Shown: positions 1-10,600 of the stretch, piece after piece
How the letters are laid out: each line of letters opens with the position of its first letter
How positions within the stretch are numbered: the stretch's first letter is position 1
DNA from: Eledone cirrhosa
Lineage: Eukaryota
Assembly (NCBI GenBank): GCA_964016885.1
Contig: OZ024744.1
Coordinates: forward strand, 98,208,001 to 98,272,000
Reading direction: 5' to 3'
DNA length: 64,000 nt
Program-made: the position numbers and the translations under genes
The notes under the pieces: model-generated
Seen by the model: only the letters and a program-made list of their open reading frames with translations
Database searches by the model: none
What the model was told of the DNA's origin: nothing

Positions 1-9
1 ACTGATCTC

Positions 10-310
10 CAAGCTACAAATTTGTCCAGCAATTCTTTCCTGAAGACATTCTAACTACATGACCATAGTATTAGAGCCGTTATCTCTCTCAGCTCTACTG
101 AGAGTGATTCTCTGATCTCCAAGCTATGCATTCTGAGTAACGTTACTCTAAAGACCCTTTGGATAAACCCCATTTTGGCCGCTTGTATTCACAATCGTAT
201 TCTTTCGGTCATTACCCAAGATTCATGACCATAGGCAAGGGTTGACATGAAAACCGAACTGAAGATAGAGAGTTTGGCTTTTACGCCAACCTCCCTTCTT
301 CTAATTACTG
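10..310 (-). mobile_element. Degenerate RTE-clade (Rex3/Expander-like) non-LTR retrotransposon fragment, C-terminal post-RT region
   Basis: Manual minus-strand translation from ~308 gives VIRRREVGVKAKLSIFSSVFMSTLAYGHESWVMTERIRL*IQAAKMGFIQRVFRVTLLRMHSLEIRESLSVEL, then after a frameshift RL*YYGHVVRM. This matches the RTE pattern 'KAKLSIY..TLTYGHELWVMTER..IQAAEM.F.RR..IRE.L.VE..RW.GH..RM' as I recall it. In-frame stops and the frameshift show it is dead. Confidence 0.85.
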
Positions 311-591
311 AATGCTGATCTATTAATTGTTATTAATGGATATTCCAATTTTTTCATCCCTTGCAACCTCATTTCTTCTTTAACTGTCATCTTTTATTTG
401 ATTGTGTTATTTATTATCTTCAATTTCCAGAGTAATGTCTAATCAGATTGAGGAACTTTTTTTATGTCTTCTGAACTGAAATGTCTCAACTTGCCACTCA
501 ACCCCACACTGCACTACCAGAAATGGGCTGTGTGTACAGTATGTTGTTATTGTTCAGATAACCAGAATATAAGAAACTGTGGTTAAATGAA

Positions 592-690
592 ATGGTATGG
601 TATGGTCCCGTAACTCTTCGGGGAATCACAGGGGCACCTTATTGACATATGGCGTATCTTGGGTATTTGAAGCCTGGTGGAGTCCATCCC
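592..690. repeat. Short dispersed repeat, copy 1 (~100 bp), beginning with (ATGGT)3; paralog at ~1404-1500
   Basis: 610-665 aligns ungapped to 1415-1470 at 42/56 identities by hand count. CCTGGTGGAGTYCATC is shared at 673-688 and 1483-1498. Confidence 0.75.
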
Positions 691-720
691 ATTCCAGGCC
701 TGAGTACAGCAGATTTCTTC

Positions 721-766
721 CAGAGAAAGATAGAGAGAGGAAATGAGAAAGAGATATAGAGGAAGA
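721..766. repeat. GA-rich low-complexity tract
   Basis: cagagaaagatagagagaggaaatgagaaagagatatagaggaaga is almost all purine. Confidence 0.7.
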
Positions 767-924
767 ATCGACCCCAGTACCAGACTGGTACTTTTTTTAT
801 TGACATCGAAAGGATGAAAGGCAAACTTGGCCTCAGTGGGATTTGAACTCAGAAAGCAGAGAGCTGGAACAAATACCATAAAGCATTCTATCCGATGTTC
901 TAACGACTCTGTCAATTTTCCACC
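767..924 (-). mobile_element. Decayed tRNA-derived SINE (Pol III head plus central domain)
   Basis: The minus strand reads GGTGGAAAATTGACAGAGTCGTTAG (decayed A-box region), then GAGTTCAAATCCC (B-box-like, 838-850), then TTTGCCTTTCATCCTTTCGATGTCAATAAAAAAAGTACCAGTCTGGTACTGGGGTCGAT. The last part resembles a SINE central domain I recall as abundant in octopus; the family name is not verified. Confidence 0.7.
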
Positions 925-929
925 TGTAG

Positions 930-985
930 CTAAAATACCAAAAACTTTTTGTCCAATGCTCAAATGATTCTGCCAATCTGCCACC
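930..985 (-). mobile_element. Second, truncated SINE head (diverged direct repeat of 871-924)
   Basis: aaataccaaaaactttttgtccaatgctcaaatgattctgccaatctgccacc aligns with aaataccataaagcattctatccgatgttctaacgactctgtcaattttccacc. The minus strand has an A-box-like TGGCAGAATC. Confidence 0.6.
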
Positions 986-1072
986 CTAACATACTTTAAA
1001 TATCTACCTATACAGACATGGGAATCTGTTCTACCTGACACCTTACCTTACCGTTGATGTAAGCCTTAATGG

Positions 1073-1092
1073 ATATATATATATATGTATGT
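1073..1092. repeat. (AT)7 microsatellite with GTAT extension
   Basis: atatatatatatatgtatgt read directly. Confidence 0.85.
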
Positions 1093-1316
1093 AAAAGGTA
1101 AACAGAAATAACAATACAATTGGTACAGTATATGGAAGGTATATATTAGGTTAACGCTTGATATAGCAGGAAGAGATCTTAACATTTCGGATGCTAGTCC
1201 TTCATCAGAAGAAAGAATGAGAAATAAAATAGATTAAGGGGACGGGCGGGATGGAATTGGAAAAAAATGTCTTTAGATAAAAATAATAGGTCCATTCATG
1301 TTGACATCTCTTGCAA
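1093..1316 (-). mobile_element. Putative Penelope-like element terminal (pLTR) remnant between two (AT)n tracts
   Basis: Contains a minimal hammerhead motif (1177-1212) and is bounded by (AT)n on both sides. No RT or GIY-YIG coding sequence is visible, so the call rests on the motif and context. Confidence 0.5.
1177..1212 (-). ncRNA. Minimal type I hammerhead ribozyme motif (probably decayed)
   Basis: Minus-strand RNA UCUU-CUGAUGA-A-GGA-CUAGCA-UCC-GAAA-UG-UU-AAGA. It has the CUGANGA and GAAA cores, a 3-bp stem II (GGA/UCC), a 4-bp stem I (UCUU/AAGA) and a vestigial stem III. Confidence 0.6.
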
Positions 1317-1328
1317 ATATATATATAT
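1317..1328. repeat. (AT)6 microsatellite
   Basis: atatatatatat read directly. Confidence 0.8.
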
Positions 1329-1403
1329 AAAAGAAAAAAATGAACACCTCATGAATGTCTCTTTGCTTTTCCTCGCTGAGAAAAATTCAGTTGTGGTGGT
1401 GTT

Positions 1404-1500
1404 TGTATGGACTTGTAACTCCTGAGGGAGTCATAGAAGCACCACATTAACATATGGAGTTTCTAGGGCATGTCTTTTTTACCCTGGTGGAGTTCATCTC
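1404..1500. repeat. Short dispersed repeat, copy 2 (paralog of 592-690, same orientation)
   Basis: About 75% ungapped identity over 56 bp with 610-665, plus the shared CCTGGTGGAGTYCATC motif. Confidence 0.75.
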
Positions 1501-1507
1501 CTTCACT

Positions 1508-1531
1508 ATCATCATCATCATCATCATCATC
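1508..1531. repeat. (ATC)8 microsatellite, likely the (GAT)n 3' tail of the adjacent minus-strand retroposon
   Basis: Eight perfect ATC units directly abutting GATTAACGTCTATCTTCCACACTAGCATGGGTT. Confidence 0.9.
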
Positions 1532-1690
1532 GATTAACGTCTATCTTCCACACTAGCATGGGTTAGTCCCATTTAGAGGCAAGTGGGGTCGGGTGATCAT
1601 GTCTCACTCACATACGGGTGTTTCTGGCTGGTTTTCTACAGCTGGATTCCCTTCATAACTCCAACCACATTGACAGGGTGCTTTTTGTCG
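1508..1690 (-). mobile_element. 3' portion of a (GAT)n-tailed non-autonomous retroposon (RTE-related SINE-like) that runs into the satellite
   Basis: The minus strand ends AACCCATGCTAGTGTGGAAGATAGACGTTAATC(GAT)8 and contains TGGTTGGAGTTATGAAGGGAATCCAGCTGTAGAAAAC. These resemble the 'GGCGTTAGGAAGGGCATCCAGCTGTAGAAAC' and 'CATGGAAA..GACGTTAAA(TGA)n' motifs I recall from cephalopod RTE-related SINEs. Recognised from memory, not searched. Confidence 0.6.
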
Positions 1691-4600
1691 TGTCTTTTAC
1701 ATGTCCACTTTACAGCATGGCTGGGTGTTTTTTGTTGTGTCTTTTACATGTCCACTTTACAGCATGGCTGGGTGCTTTTGTCAAGTCTTTTACATGTCCA
1801 CTTTACAGCGTGGCTGGGTGCTTTTGTCATGTCTTTTATATGTTCACTTTACAGTGTGGGCTGGGTGCTTTTGTCATGTCTTTTACATGTCCACTTTACA
1901 GTGTGGGCTGGGTGCTTTTGTCATGTCTTTTACATGTCCACTTTACAGTGTGGGCTGGGTGCTTTTGTCATGTCTTTTATATGTCCCCTTTACAGTGTGG
2001 GCTGGGTGCTTTTGTCATGTCTTTTACATGTCCACTTTACAGTGTGGGCTGGGTGCTTTTGTCATGTCTTTTACATGTCCCCTTTACAGTGTGGGCTGGG
2101 TGCTTTTGTCATGTCTTTTATATGTCCACTTTACAGTGTGGGCTGGGTGCTTTTGTCATGTCTTTTATATGTCCACTTTACAGTGTGTCTGGGTGCTTTT
2201 GTCATGTCTTTTATATGTCCACTTTACAGTGTGGGCTGGGTGCTTTTGTCATGTCTTTTATATGTCCACTTTACAGTGTGTCTGGGTGCTTTTGTCATGT
2301 CTTTTATATGTCCACTTTACAGTGTGGGCTGGGTGCTTTTGTCATGTCTTTTACATGTCCACTCTACAGTGTGGGCTGGGTGCTTTTTGCCGTGTCTTTT
2401 ACATATCCACTTTACAGTGTGGGCTGGGTGCTTTTTGTCGTGTCTTTTACATGTCCACTTTACAGTGTGGGCTGGGTGCTTTTTGTCGTGTCTTTAAACA
2501 CATCCACTTTACAGTGTGGGCTGGGTGCTTTTGTCGTGTCTTTTACATGTCCACTTTGCAGTGTGGCTGGGTGCTTTTTGCCAGGTCTTTTACATGTCCA
2601 CTTTACAGTGTGGGATGGGTGCTTTTTGCCGTGTCTTTTACACATCCACTTTACAGTGTGGGCTGGGTGCTTTTTGTCGTGTCTTTTACATGTCTACTTC
2701 ACAGTGTGGGCTGGGTGCTTTTTGTCGTGTCTTTTACACATCCACTTTACAGTGTGGGCTGGGTGCTTTTGTCGTGTCTTTTACACGTCCACTTTACAGT
2801 GTGGGCTGGGTGCTTTTTGCCAGGTCTTTTATATGTCCACTTTACAGCGTGGGCTGGGTTCTTTTTGTTGTGACACCTACATGACCACTTTACAGTGTGG
2901 GCTGGGTGTTTTTTGCATGACACCTACATGACCACTTTACAGTGTGGACTGGGTGCTTTGTCTAATGACACCTACATGACCACTTTACAAGGTGTACTGG
3001 GTGATTTTTGTCATGACACCTACATGATCACTTTACAGTGTGGACTGGGTGCTTTTTGTTGTGACACCTACATAACCACTTTACAGTGTGAACTGGGTGC
3101 ATTTTGTTGTGACACCTACATGACCACTTTACAGTGTGGATTGGTACTTTTTGTTGTGACACCTACATGACCAGTTTACAGTGTGGACTGGGTGCCTTTT
3201 GTTGTGACATCTACATGACCACTTTACAGTGTGGGCTGGATGCTTTTTGTCATGACACCTACACGACCACTTTAACCGTGGGTTGGGTGATTTTTGTCAT
3301 GACATCTACATGACCACTTTACAGTGTGGACTGGGTGCTTTTTGCCGTGTCTTTTACACATCCACTTTACAGTGTGGGCTGGGTGCTTTTGTCATGTCTT
3401 TTACATGTCCACTTTACAGTGTGGGCTGGGTGCTTTTGTCATGTCTTTTATATGTCCCCTTTACAATGTGGGCTGGGTGCTTTTGTCATGTCTTTTATAT
3501 GTCCACTTTACAGTGTGGGCTGGGTGCTTTTGTCATGTCTTTTATATGTCCACTTTACAGTGTGGGCTGGGTGCTTTTGTCATGTCTTTTACATGTCCAC
3601 TTTACAGTGTGGTCTGGGTGCTTTTGTCATGTCTTTTATATGTCCCCTTTACAGTGTGGGCTGGGTGCTTTTGTCATGTCTTTTATATGTCCACTTTACA
3701 GTGTGGGCTGGGTGCTTTTGTCATGTCTTTTATATGTCCACTTTACAGTGTGGGCTGGGTGCTTTTTGTCGTGTCTTTTACATGTCCACTTTACAGTGTG
3801 GGCTGGGTGCTTTTTGTCGTGTCTTTTACACAACCACTTTACAGTGTGGGCTCGGTGCTTTTGTCGTGTCTTTTACATGTCCACTTTACAGTGTGGGCTG
3901 GGTGCTTTTTGCCAGGTCTTTTATATGTCCACTTTACAGCGTGGGCTGGGTGCTTTTTGTTGTGACACCTACATGACCACTTTACAGTGTGGGCTGGGTG
4001 CTTTGTCTAATGACACCTACATGACCACTTTACAATGTGTACAGGGTGATTTTTGTCATGACACCTACATGATCACTTTACAGTGTGGACTGGGTGCTTT
4101 TTGTTGTGACACCTACATAACCACTTTACAGTGTGGACTGGGTGCATTTTGTGGTGACATCTACACGACCACTTTACAGTGTGGGCTGTATGCTTTTTGT
4201 CATGACACCTACACGACCACTTTAAGCGTGGGTTGGGTGCTTTTTGTTGTGACACTTACATGACCACTTTACAGTGTGGACTGGGTACTTTTTGTTGTGA
4301 CACCTACATGACCACTTTACAGTGTGGGCTGGGTGCTTTTTGCCGTGTCTTTTACACATCCACTTTAGAGTGTGGTCTGGGTGCTTTTGTCGTGTCTTTT
4401 ACATGTCCACTATACAGTGTGGGCTGGGTGCTTTTGTCATGTCTTTTACATGTCCACTTTACAGTGTGGGCTGGGTGCTTTTGTCATGTCTTTTATATGT
4501 CCCCTTTACAGTGTGGGCTGGGTGCTTTTGTCATGTCTTTTATATGTCCACTTTACAGTGTGGGCTGGGTGCTTTTGTCATGTCTTTTACATGTCCACTT

Positions 4601-7600
4601 TACAGTGTGGGCTGGGTGCTTTTTGTCGTGTCTTTTACATGTCCACTTTGCAGTGTGGGCTGGGTGCTTTTTGTCGTGTCTTTTACACATCCACTTTACA
4701 GTGTGGGCTGGGTGCTTTTGTCGTGTCTTTTACATGTCCACTTTACAGTGTGAGCTGGGTGCTTTTGTCGTGTCTTTTATATGTCCACTTTACAGCGTGG
4801 GCTGGGTGCTTTTTGTTGTGACACCTACATGACCACTTTACAGTGTGGGCTGGGTGTTTTTTACATGACACCTACATGACCACTTTACAGTGTGCACTGG
4901 GTGCTTTGTCTAATGACACCTTTACAATGTGTACTGGGTGATTTTTGTCATGACACCTACATGATCACTTTACAGTGTGGACTGGTTTCTTTTTGTTGAG
5001 ACACCTACATAACCACTTTACAGTGTGGACTGTGTGCATTTTGTTGTGACACCTACATGACCACTTTACAGTGTGGATTGGGTACTTTCTGTTGTGACAC
5101 CTACATGACCAGTTTACAGTGTGGACTGGGTGCCTTTTGTTGTGACATCTACACGACCACTTTACAGTGTGGGCTGGATGCTTTTTGTCATGACACCTAC
5201 ACGACCACTTTAAGCGTGGGTTGGGTGATTTTTGTCATGACATCTACATGACCACTTTACAGCGTGGGCTGGGTGCTTTTTGTTGTGACACTTACATGAC
5301 CACTTTACAGTGTGGACTGGGTACTTTTTGTTGTGACACCTACATGACCACTTTACAGCGTGGCTGGGTGCTTTTGTCGTGTCTTTTACACATCCACTTT
5401 ACAGTGTGGGCTGTGTGCTTTTTGCCTTGTCTTTTACATGTCCACTTTACAGTATGGGCTGCGTGCTTTTTGCCATGTCTTTTATATGTCCACTTTACAG
5501 TGTGGGCTGTGTGCTTTTTGTCGTGTCTTTTACACGTCCACTTTACAGTGTGGGCTGGGTGCTTTTTGCCAAGTCTTTTATATGTCCACTTTACAGTGTG
5601 GCTGGGTGCTTTTTGCCGTGTCTTTTACATGTCCACTTTACAGTGTGGCTGGATGTCTTGTCATGTCTTTTACATGTCCACTTTACAGTGTGGGCTGGAT
5701 GCTTTTTGCCGTGTCTTTTACATGTCCACTTTACAGTGTGGGCTGGGTGCTTTTTGTCATGTCTTTTATATGTCCACTTTACAGTGTGGGCTGGGTGCTT
5801 TTTGTCATGTCTTTTATATGTCCACTTTACAGTGTGGGCTGGGTGCTTTTTGCCATGTCTTTTATATGTCCACTTTACAGTGTGGGCTGGGTGCTTTTGT
5901 CATGTCTTTTATATGTACCCTTTACAGTGTGGGCTGTATGCTTTTTGTCATGACACCTACACGACCACTTTAAGCGTGGGTTGGGTGCTTTTTGTTGTGA
6001 CACTTACATGACCACTTTACAGTGTGGACTGGGTACTTTTTGTTGTGACACCTACATGACCACATTACAGTGTGGGCTGGGTGCTTTTTGCCGTGTCTTT
6101 TACACATCCACTTTAGAGTGTGGTCTGGGTGCTTTTGTCGTGTCTTTTACATGTCCACTATACAGTGTGGGCTGGGTGCTTTTGTCATGTCTTTTACATG
6201 TCCACTTTACAGTGTTGGCTGGGTGCTTTTGTCATGTCTTTTATATGTCCCCTTTACAGTGTGGGCTGGGTGCTTTTGTCATGTCTTTTCATGTCCACTT
6301 TACAGTGTGGGCTGGGTGCTTTTGTCATGTCTTTTATATGTCCACTTTACAGTGTGGGCTGGGTGCTTTTGTCATGTCTTTACATGTCCACTTTACAGTG
6401 TGGGCTGGGTGCTTTTTGTCGTGTCTTTTACATGTCCACTTTGCAGTGTGGGCTGGGTGCTTTTGTCGTGTCTTTTACATGTCCACTTTACAGTGTGGGC
6501 TGGGTGCTTTTGTCGTGTCTTTTATATGTCCACTTTACAGCGTGGGCTGGGTGCTTTTTGTTGTGACACCTACATGACCACTTTACAGTGTGGGCTGGGT
6601 GTTTTTTACATGACACCTACATGACCACTTTACAGTGTGCACTGGGTGCTTTGTCTAATGACACCTACATGACCACTTTACAATGTGTACTGGGTGATTT
6701 TTGTCATGACACCTACATGATCACTTTACAGTGTGGACTGGTTTCTTTTTGTTGAGACACCTACATAACCACTTTACAGTGTGGACTGTGTGCATTTTGT
6801 TGTGACACCTACATGACCACTTTACAGTGTGGATTGGGTACTTTCTGTTGTGACACCTACATGACCAGTTTACAGTGTGGACTGGGTGCCTTTTGTTGTG
6901 ACATCTACACGACCACTTTACAGTGTGGGCTGGATGCTTTTTGTCATGACACCTACACGACCACTTTAAGCGTGGGTTGGGTGATTTTTGTCATGACATC
7001 TACATGACCACTTTACAGCGTGGGCTGGGTGCTTTTTGTTGTGACACTTACATGACCACTTTACAGTGTGGACTGGGTACTTTTTGTTGTAACACCTACA
7101 TGACCACTTTACAGTGTGCGCTGGGTGCTTTTTGTCGTATCTTTTACACATCCACTTTACAGTGTGGGCTGGGTGCTTTTTGTCATGTCTTTTACACATC
7201 CACTTTACAGTGTGGGCTGCGTGCTTTTTGCCATGTCTTTTATATATGCACTTTACAGTGTGGGCTGCGTGCTTTTTGCCATGTCTTTTATATGTCCACT
7301 TTACAGAGTGGGCTGGGTGCTTTTTGTCATGTCTTTTACACGTCCACTTTACAGTGTGGGCTGGGTGTTTTTTGCCTTGTCTTTTACATGTCCACTTTAC
7401 AGTGTGGCTGGGTGCTTTTGTCGTGTCTTTTATATGTCCACTTTACAGTGTGGGCTGGGTGCTTTTTGTCATGTCTTTTACACGTCCACTTTACAGTGTG
7501 GGCTGGGTGTTTTTTGCCTTGTCTTTTACACGTCCACTTTACAATGTGGGCTGGGTGCTTTTTGGCGTGTCTTTTACACATCAACTTTACAGTGTGGGCT

Positions 7601-10600
7601 GGGTGCTTTTTGTCGTGTCTTTTACATGTCCACTTTACAGTGTGGGTTGGGTGTTTTTTGTTGTGTCTTTTACATGTCCACTTTACAGCATGGCTGGGTG
7701 CTTTTGTCAAGTCTTTTACATGTCCACTTTACAGCGTGGCTGGGTGCTTTTGTCATGTCTTTTATATGTTCACTTTACAGTGTGGGCTGGGTGCTTTTGT
7801 CATGTCTTTTACATGTCCACTTTACAGTGTGGGCTGGGTGCTTTTGTCATGTCTTTTACATGTCCACTTTACAGTGTGGGCTGGGTGCTTTTGTCATGTC
7901 TTTTACATGTCCCCTTTACAGTGTGGGCTGGGTGCTTTTGTCATGTCTTTTATATGTCCACTTTACAGTGTGGGCTGGGTGCTTTTGTCATGTCTTTTAT
8001 ATGTCCACTTTACAGTGTGTTTGGGTGCTTTTGTCATGTCTTTTATATGTCCACTTTACAGTGTGGGCTGGGTGCTTTTGTCATGTCTTTTATATGTCCA
8101 CTTTACAGTGTGTCTGGGTGCTTTTGTCATGTCTTTTATATGTCCACTTTACAGTGTGGGCTGGGTGCTTTTGTCATGTCTTTTACATGTCCACTCTACA
8201 GTGTGGGCTGGGTGCTTTTTGCCGTGTCTTTTACATATCCACTTTACAGTGTGGGCTGGGTGCTTTTTCTCGTGTCTTTTAAATGTCCACTTTACAGTGT
8301 GGGCTGGGTGCTTTTTGTCGTGTCTTTAAACACATCCACTTTACAGTGTGGGCTGGGTGCTTTTGTCGTGTCTTTTACATGTCCACTTTACAGTGTGGCT
8401 GGGTGCTTTTTGCCAGGTCTTTTACATGTCCACTTTACAGTGTGGGATGGGTGCTTTTTGCTGTGTCTTTTACACATCCACTTTACAGTGTGGGCTGGGT
8501 GCTTTTTGTCGTGTCTTTTACATGTCTACTTCACAGTGTGGGCTGGGTGCTTTTTGTCGTGTCTTTTACACATCCACTTTACAGTGTGGGCTGGGTGCTT
8601 TTGTCGTGTCTTTTACACGTCCACTTTACAGTGTGGGCTGGGTGCTTTTTGCCAGGTCTTTTATATGTCCACTTTACAGCGTGGGCTGGGTTCTTTTTGT
8701 TGTGACACCTACATGACCACTTTACAGTGTGGGCTGGGTGTTTTTTGCATGACACCTACATGACCACTTTACAGAGTGGACTGGGTGCTTTGTCTAATGA
8801 CACCTACATGACCACTTTACAAGGTGTACTGGGTGATTTTTGTCATGACACCTACATGATCACTTTACAGTGTGGACTGGGTGCTTTTTGTTGTGACACC
8901 TACATAACCACTTTACAGTGTGAACTGGGTGCATTTTGTTGTGACACCTACATGACCACTTTACAGTGTGGATTGGTACTTTTTGTTGTGACACCTACAT
9001 GACCAGTTTACAGTGTGGACTGGGTGCCTTTTGTTGTGACATCTACATGACCACTTTACAGTGTGGGCTGGATGCTTTTTGTCATGACACCTACACGACC
9101 ACTTTAACCGTGGGTTGGGTGATTTTTGTCATGACATCTACATGACCACTTTACAGTGTGGACTGGGTGCTTTTTGCCGTGTCTTTTACACATCCACTTT
9201 ACAGTGTGGGCTGGGTGCTTTTGTCATGTCTTTTACATGTCCACTTTACAGTGTGGGCTGGGTGCTTTTGTCATGTCTTTTATATGTCCCCTTTACAATG
9301 TGGGCTGGGTGCTTTTGTCATGTCTTTTATATGTCCACTTTACAGTGTGGGCTGGGTGCTTTTGTCATGTCTTTTATATGTCCACTTTACAGTGTGGGCT
9401 GGGTGCTTTTGTCATGTCTTTTACATGTCCACTTTACAGTGTGGGCTGGGTGCTTTTGTCATGTCTTTTATATGTCCCCTTTACAGTGTGGGCTGGGTGC
9501 TTTTGTCATGTCTTTTATATGTCCACTTTACAGTGTGGGCTGGGTGCTTTTGTCATGTCTTTTATATGTCCACTTTACAGTGTGGGCTGGGTGCTTTTTG
9601 TCGTGTCTTTTACATGTCCACTTTACAGTGTGGGCTGGGTGCTTTTTGTCGTGACTTTTACACAACCACTTTACAGTGTGGGCTGGGTGCTTTTGTGGTG
9701 TCTTTTACATGTCCACTTTACAGTGTGGGCTGGGTGCTTTTTGCCAGGTCTTTTATATGTCCACTTTACAGCGTGGGCTGGGTGCTTTTTGTTGTGACAC
9801 CTACATGACCACTTTACAGTGTGGGCTGGGTGCTTTGTCTAATGACACCTACATGACCACTTTACAATGTGTACAGGGTGATTTTTGTCATGACACCTAC
9901 ATGATCACTTTACAGTGTGGACTGGGTGCTTTTTGTTGTGACACCTACATAACCACTTTACAGTGTGGACTGGGTGCATTTTGTGGTGACATCTACACGA
10001 CCACTTTACAGTGTGGGCTGTATGCTTTTTGTCATGACACCTACACGACCACTTTAAGCGTGGGTTGGGTGCTTTTTGTTGTGACACTTACATGACCACT
10101 TTACAGTGTGGACTGGGTACTTTTTGTTGTGACACCTACATGACCACTTTACAGTGTGGGCTGGGTGCTTTTTGCCGTGTCTTTTACACATCCACTTTAG
10201 AGTGTGGTCTGGGTGCTTTTGTCGTGTCTTTTACATGTCCACTATACAGTGTGGGCTGGGTGCTTTTGTCATGTCTTTTACATGTCCACTTTACAGTGTG
10301 GGCTGGGTGCTTTTGTCATGTCTTTTATATGTCCCCTTTACAGTGTGGGCTGGGTGCTTTTGTCATGTCTTTTATATGTCCACTTTACAGTGTGGGCTGG
10401 GTGCTTTTGTCATGTCTTTTATATGTCCACTTTACAGTGTGGGCTGGGTGCTTTTTGTCGTGTCTTTTACATGTCCACTTTACAGTGTGGGCTGGGTGCT
10501 TTTTGTCGTGTCTTTTACACAACCACTTTACAGTGTGGGCTGGGTGCTTTTGTCGTGTCTTTTACATGTCCACTTTACAGTGTGGGCTGGGTGCTTTTTG

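Noticed and set aside
400-480. Possible exon after the acceptor-like CTTCAATTTCCAG at ~430
   Set aside because: All frames close within about 50 bp and I see no supporting donor site or homology. It cannot be supported without transcript data.
776-792. Perfect inverted repeat AGTACCAG-A-CTGGTACT as a terminator or operator
   Set aside because: It lies within the SINE body in a eukaryotic context, with no independent evidence of function.
767-985. tRNA gene
   Set aside because: Only A/B-box-like remnants are present, with no cloverleaf. A SINE head explains it better.
583-1041. 152-aa and 61-aa minus-strand ORFs
   Set aside because: They cross a SINE remnant, a GA-rich tract and a dispersed repeat, and show no recognisable domain.
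1870-1895. Tandem p53-family response elements (tgtCATGtct-t-ttaCATGtcc)
   Set aside because: The CATG cores fit, but both half-sites fail the RRR requirement of RRRCWWGYYY, and the CATGs are explained as CpG-decay products.
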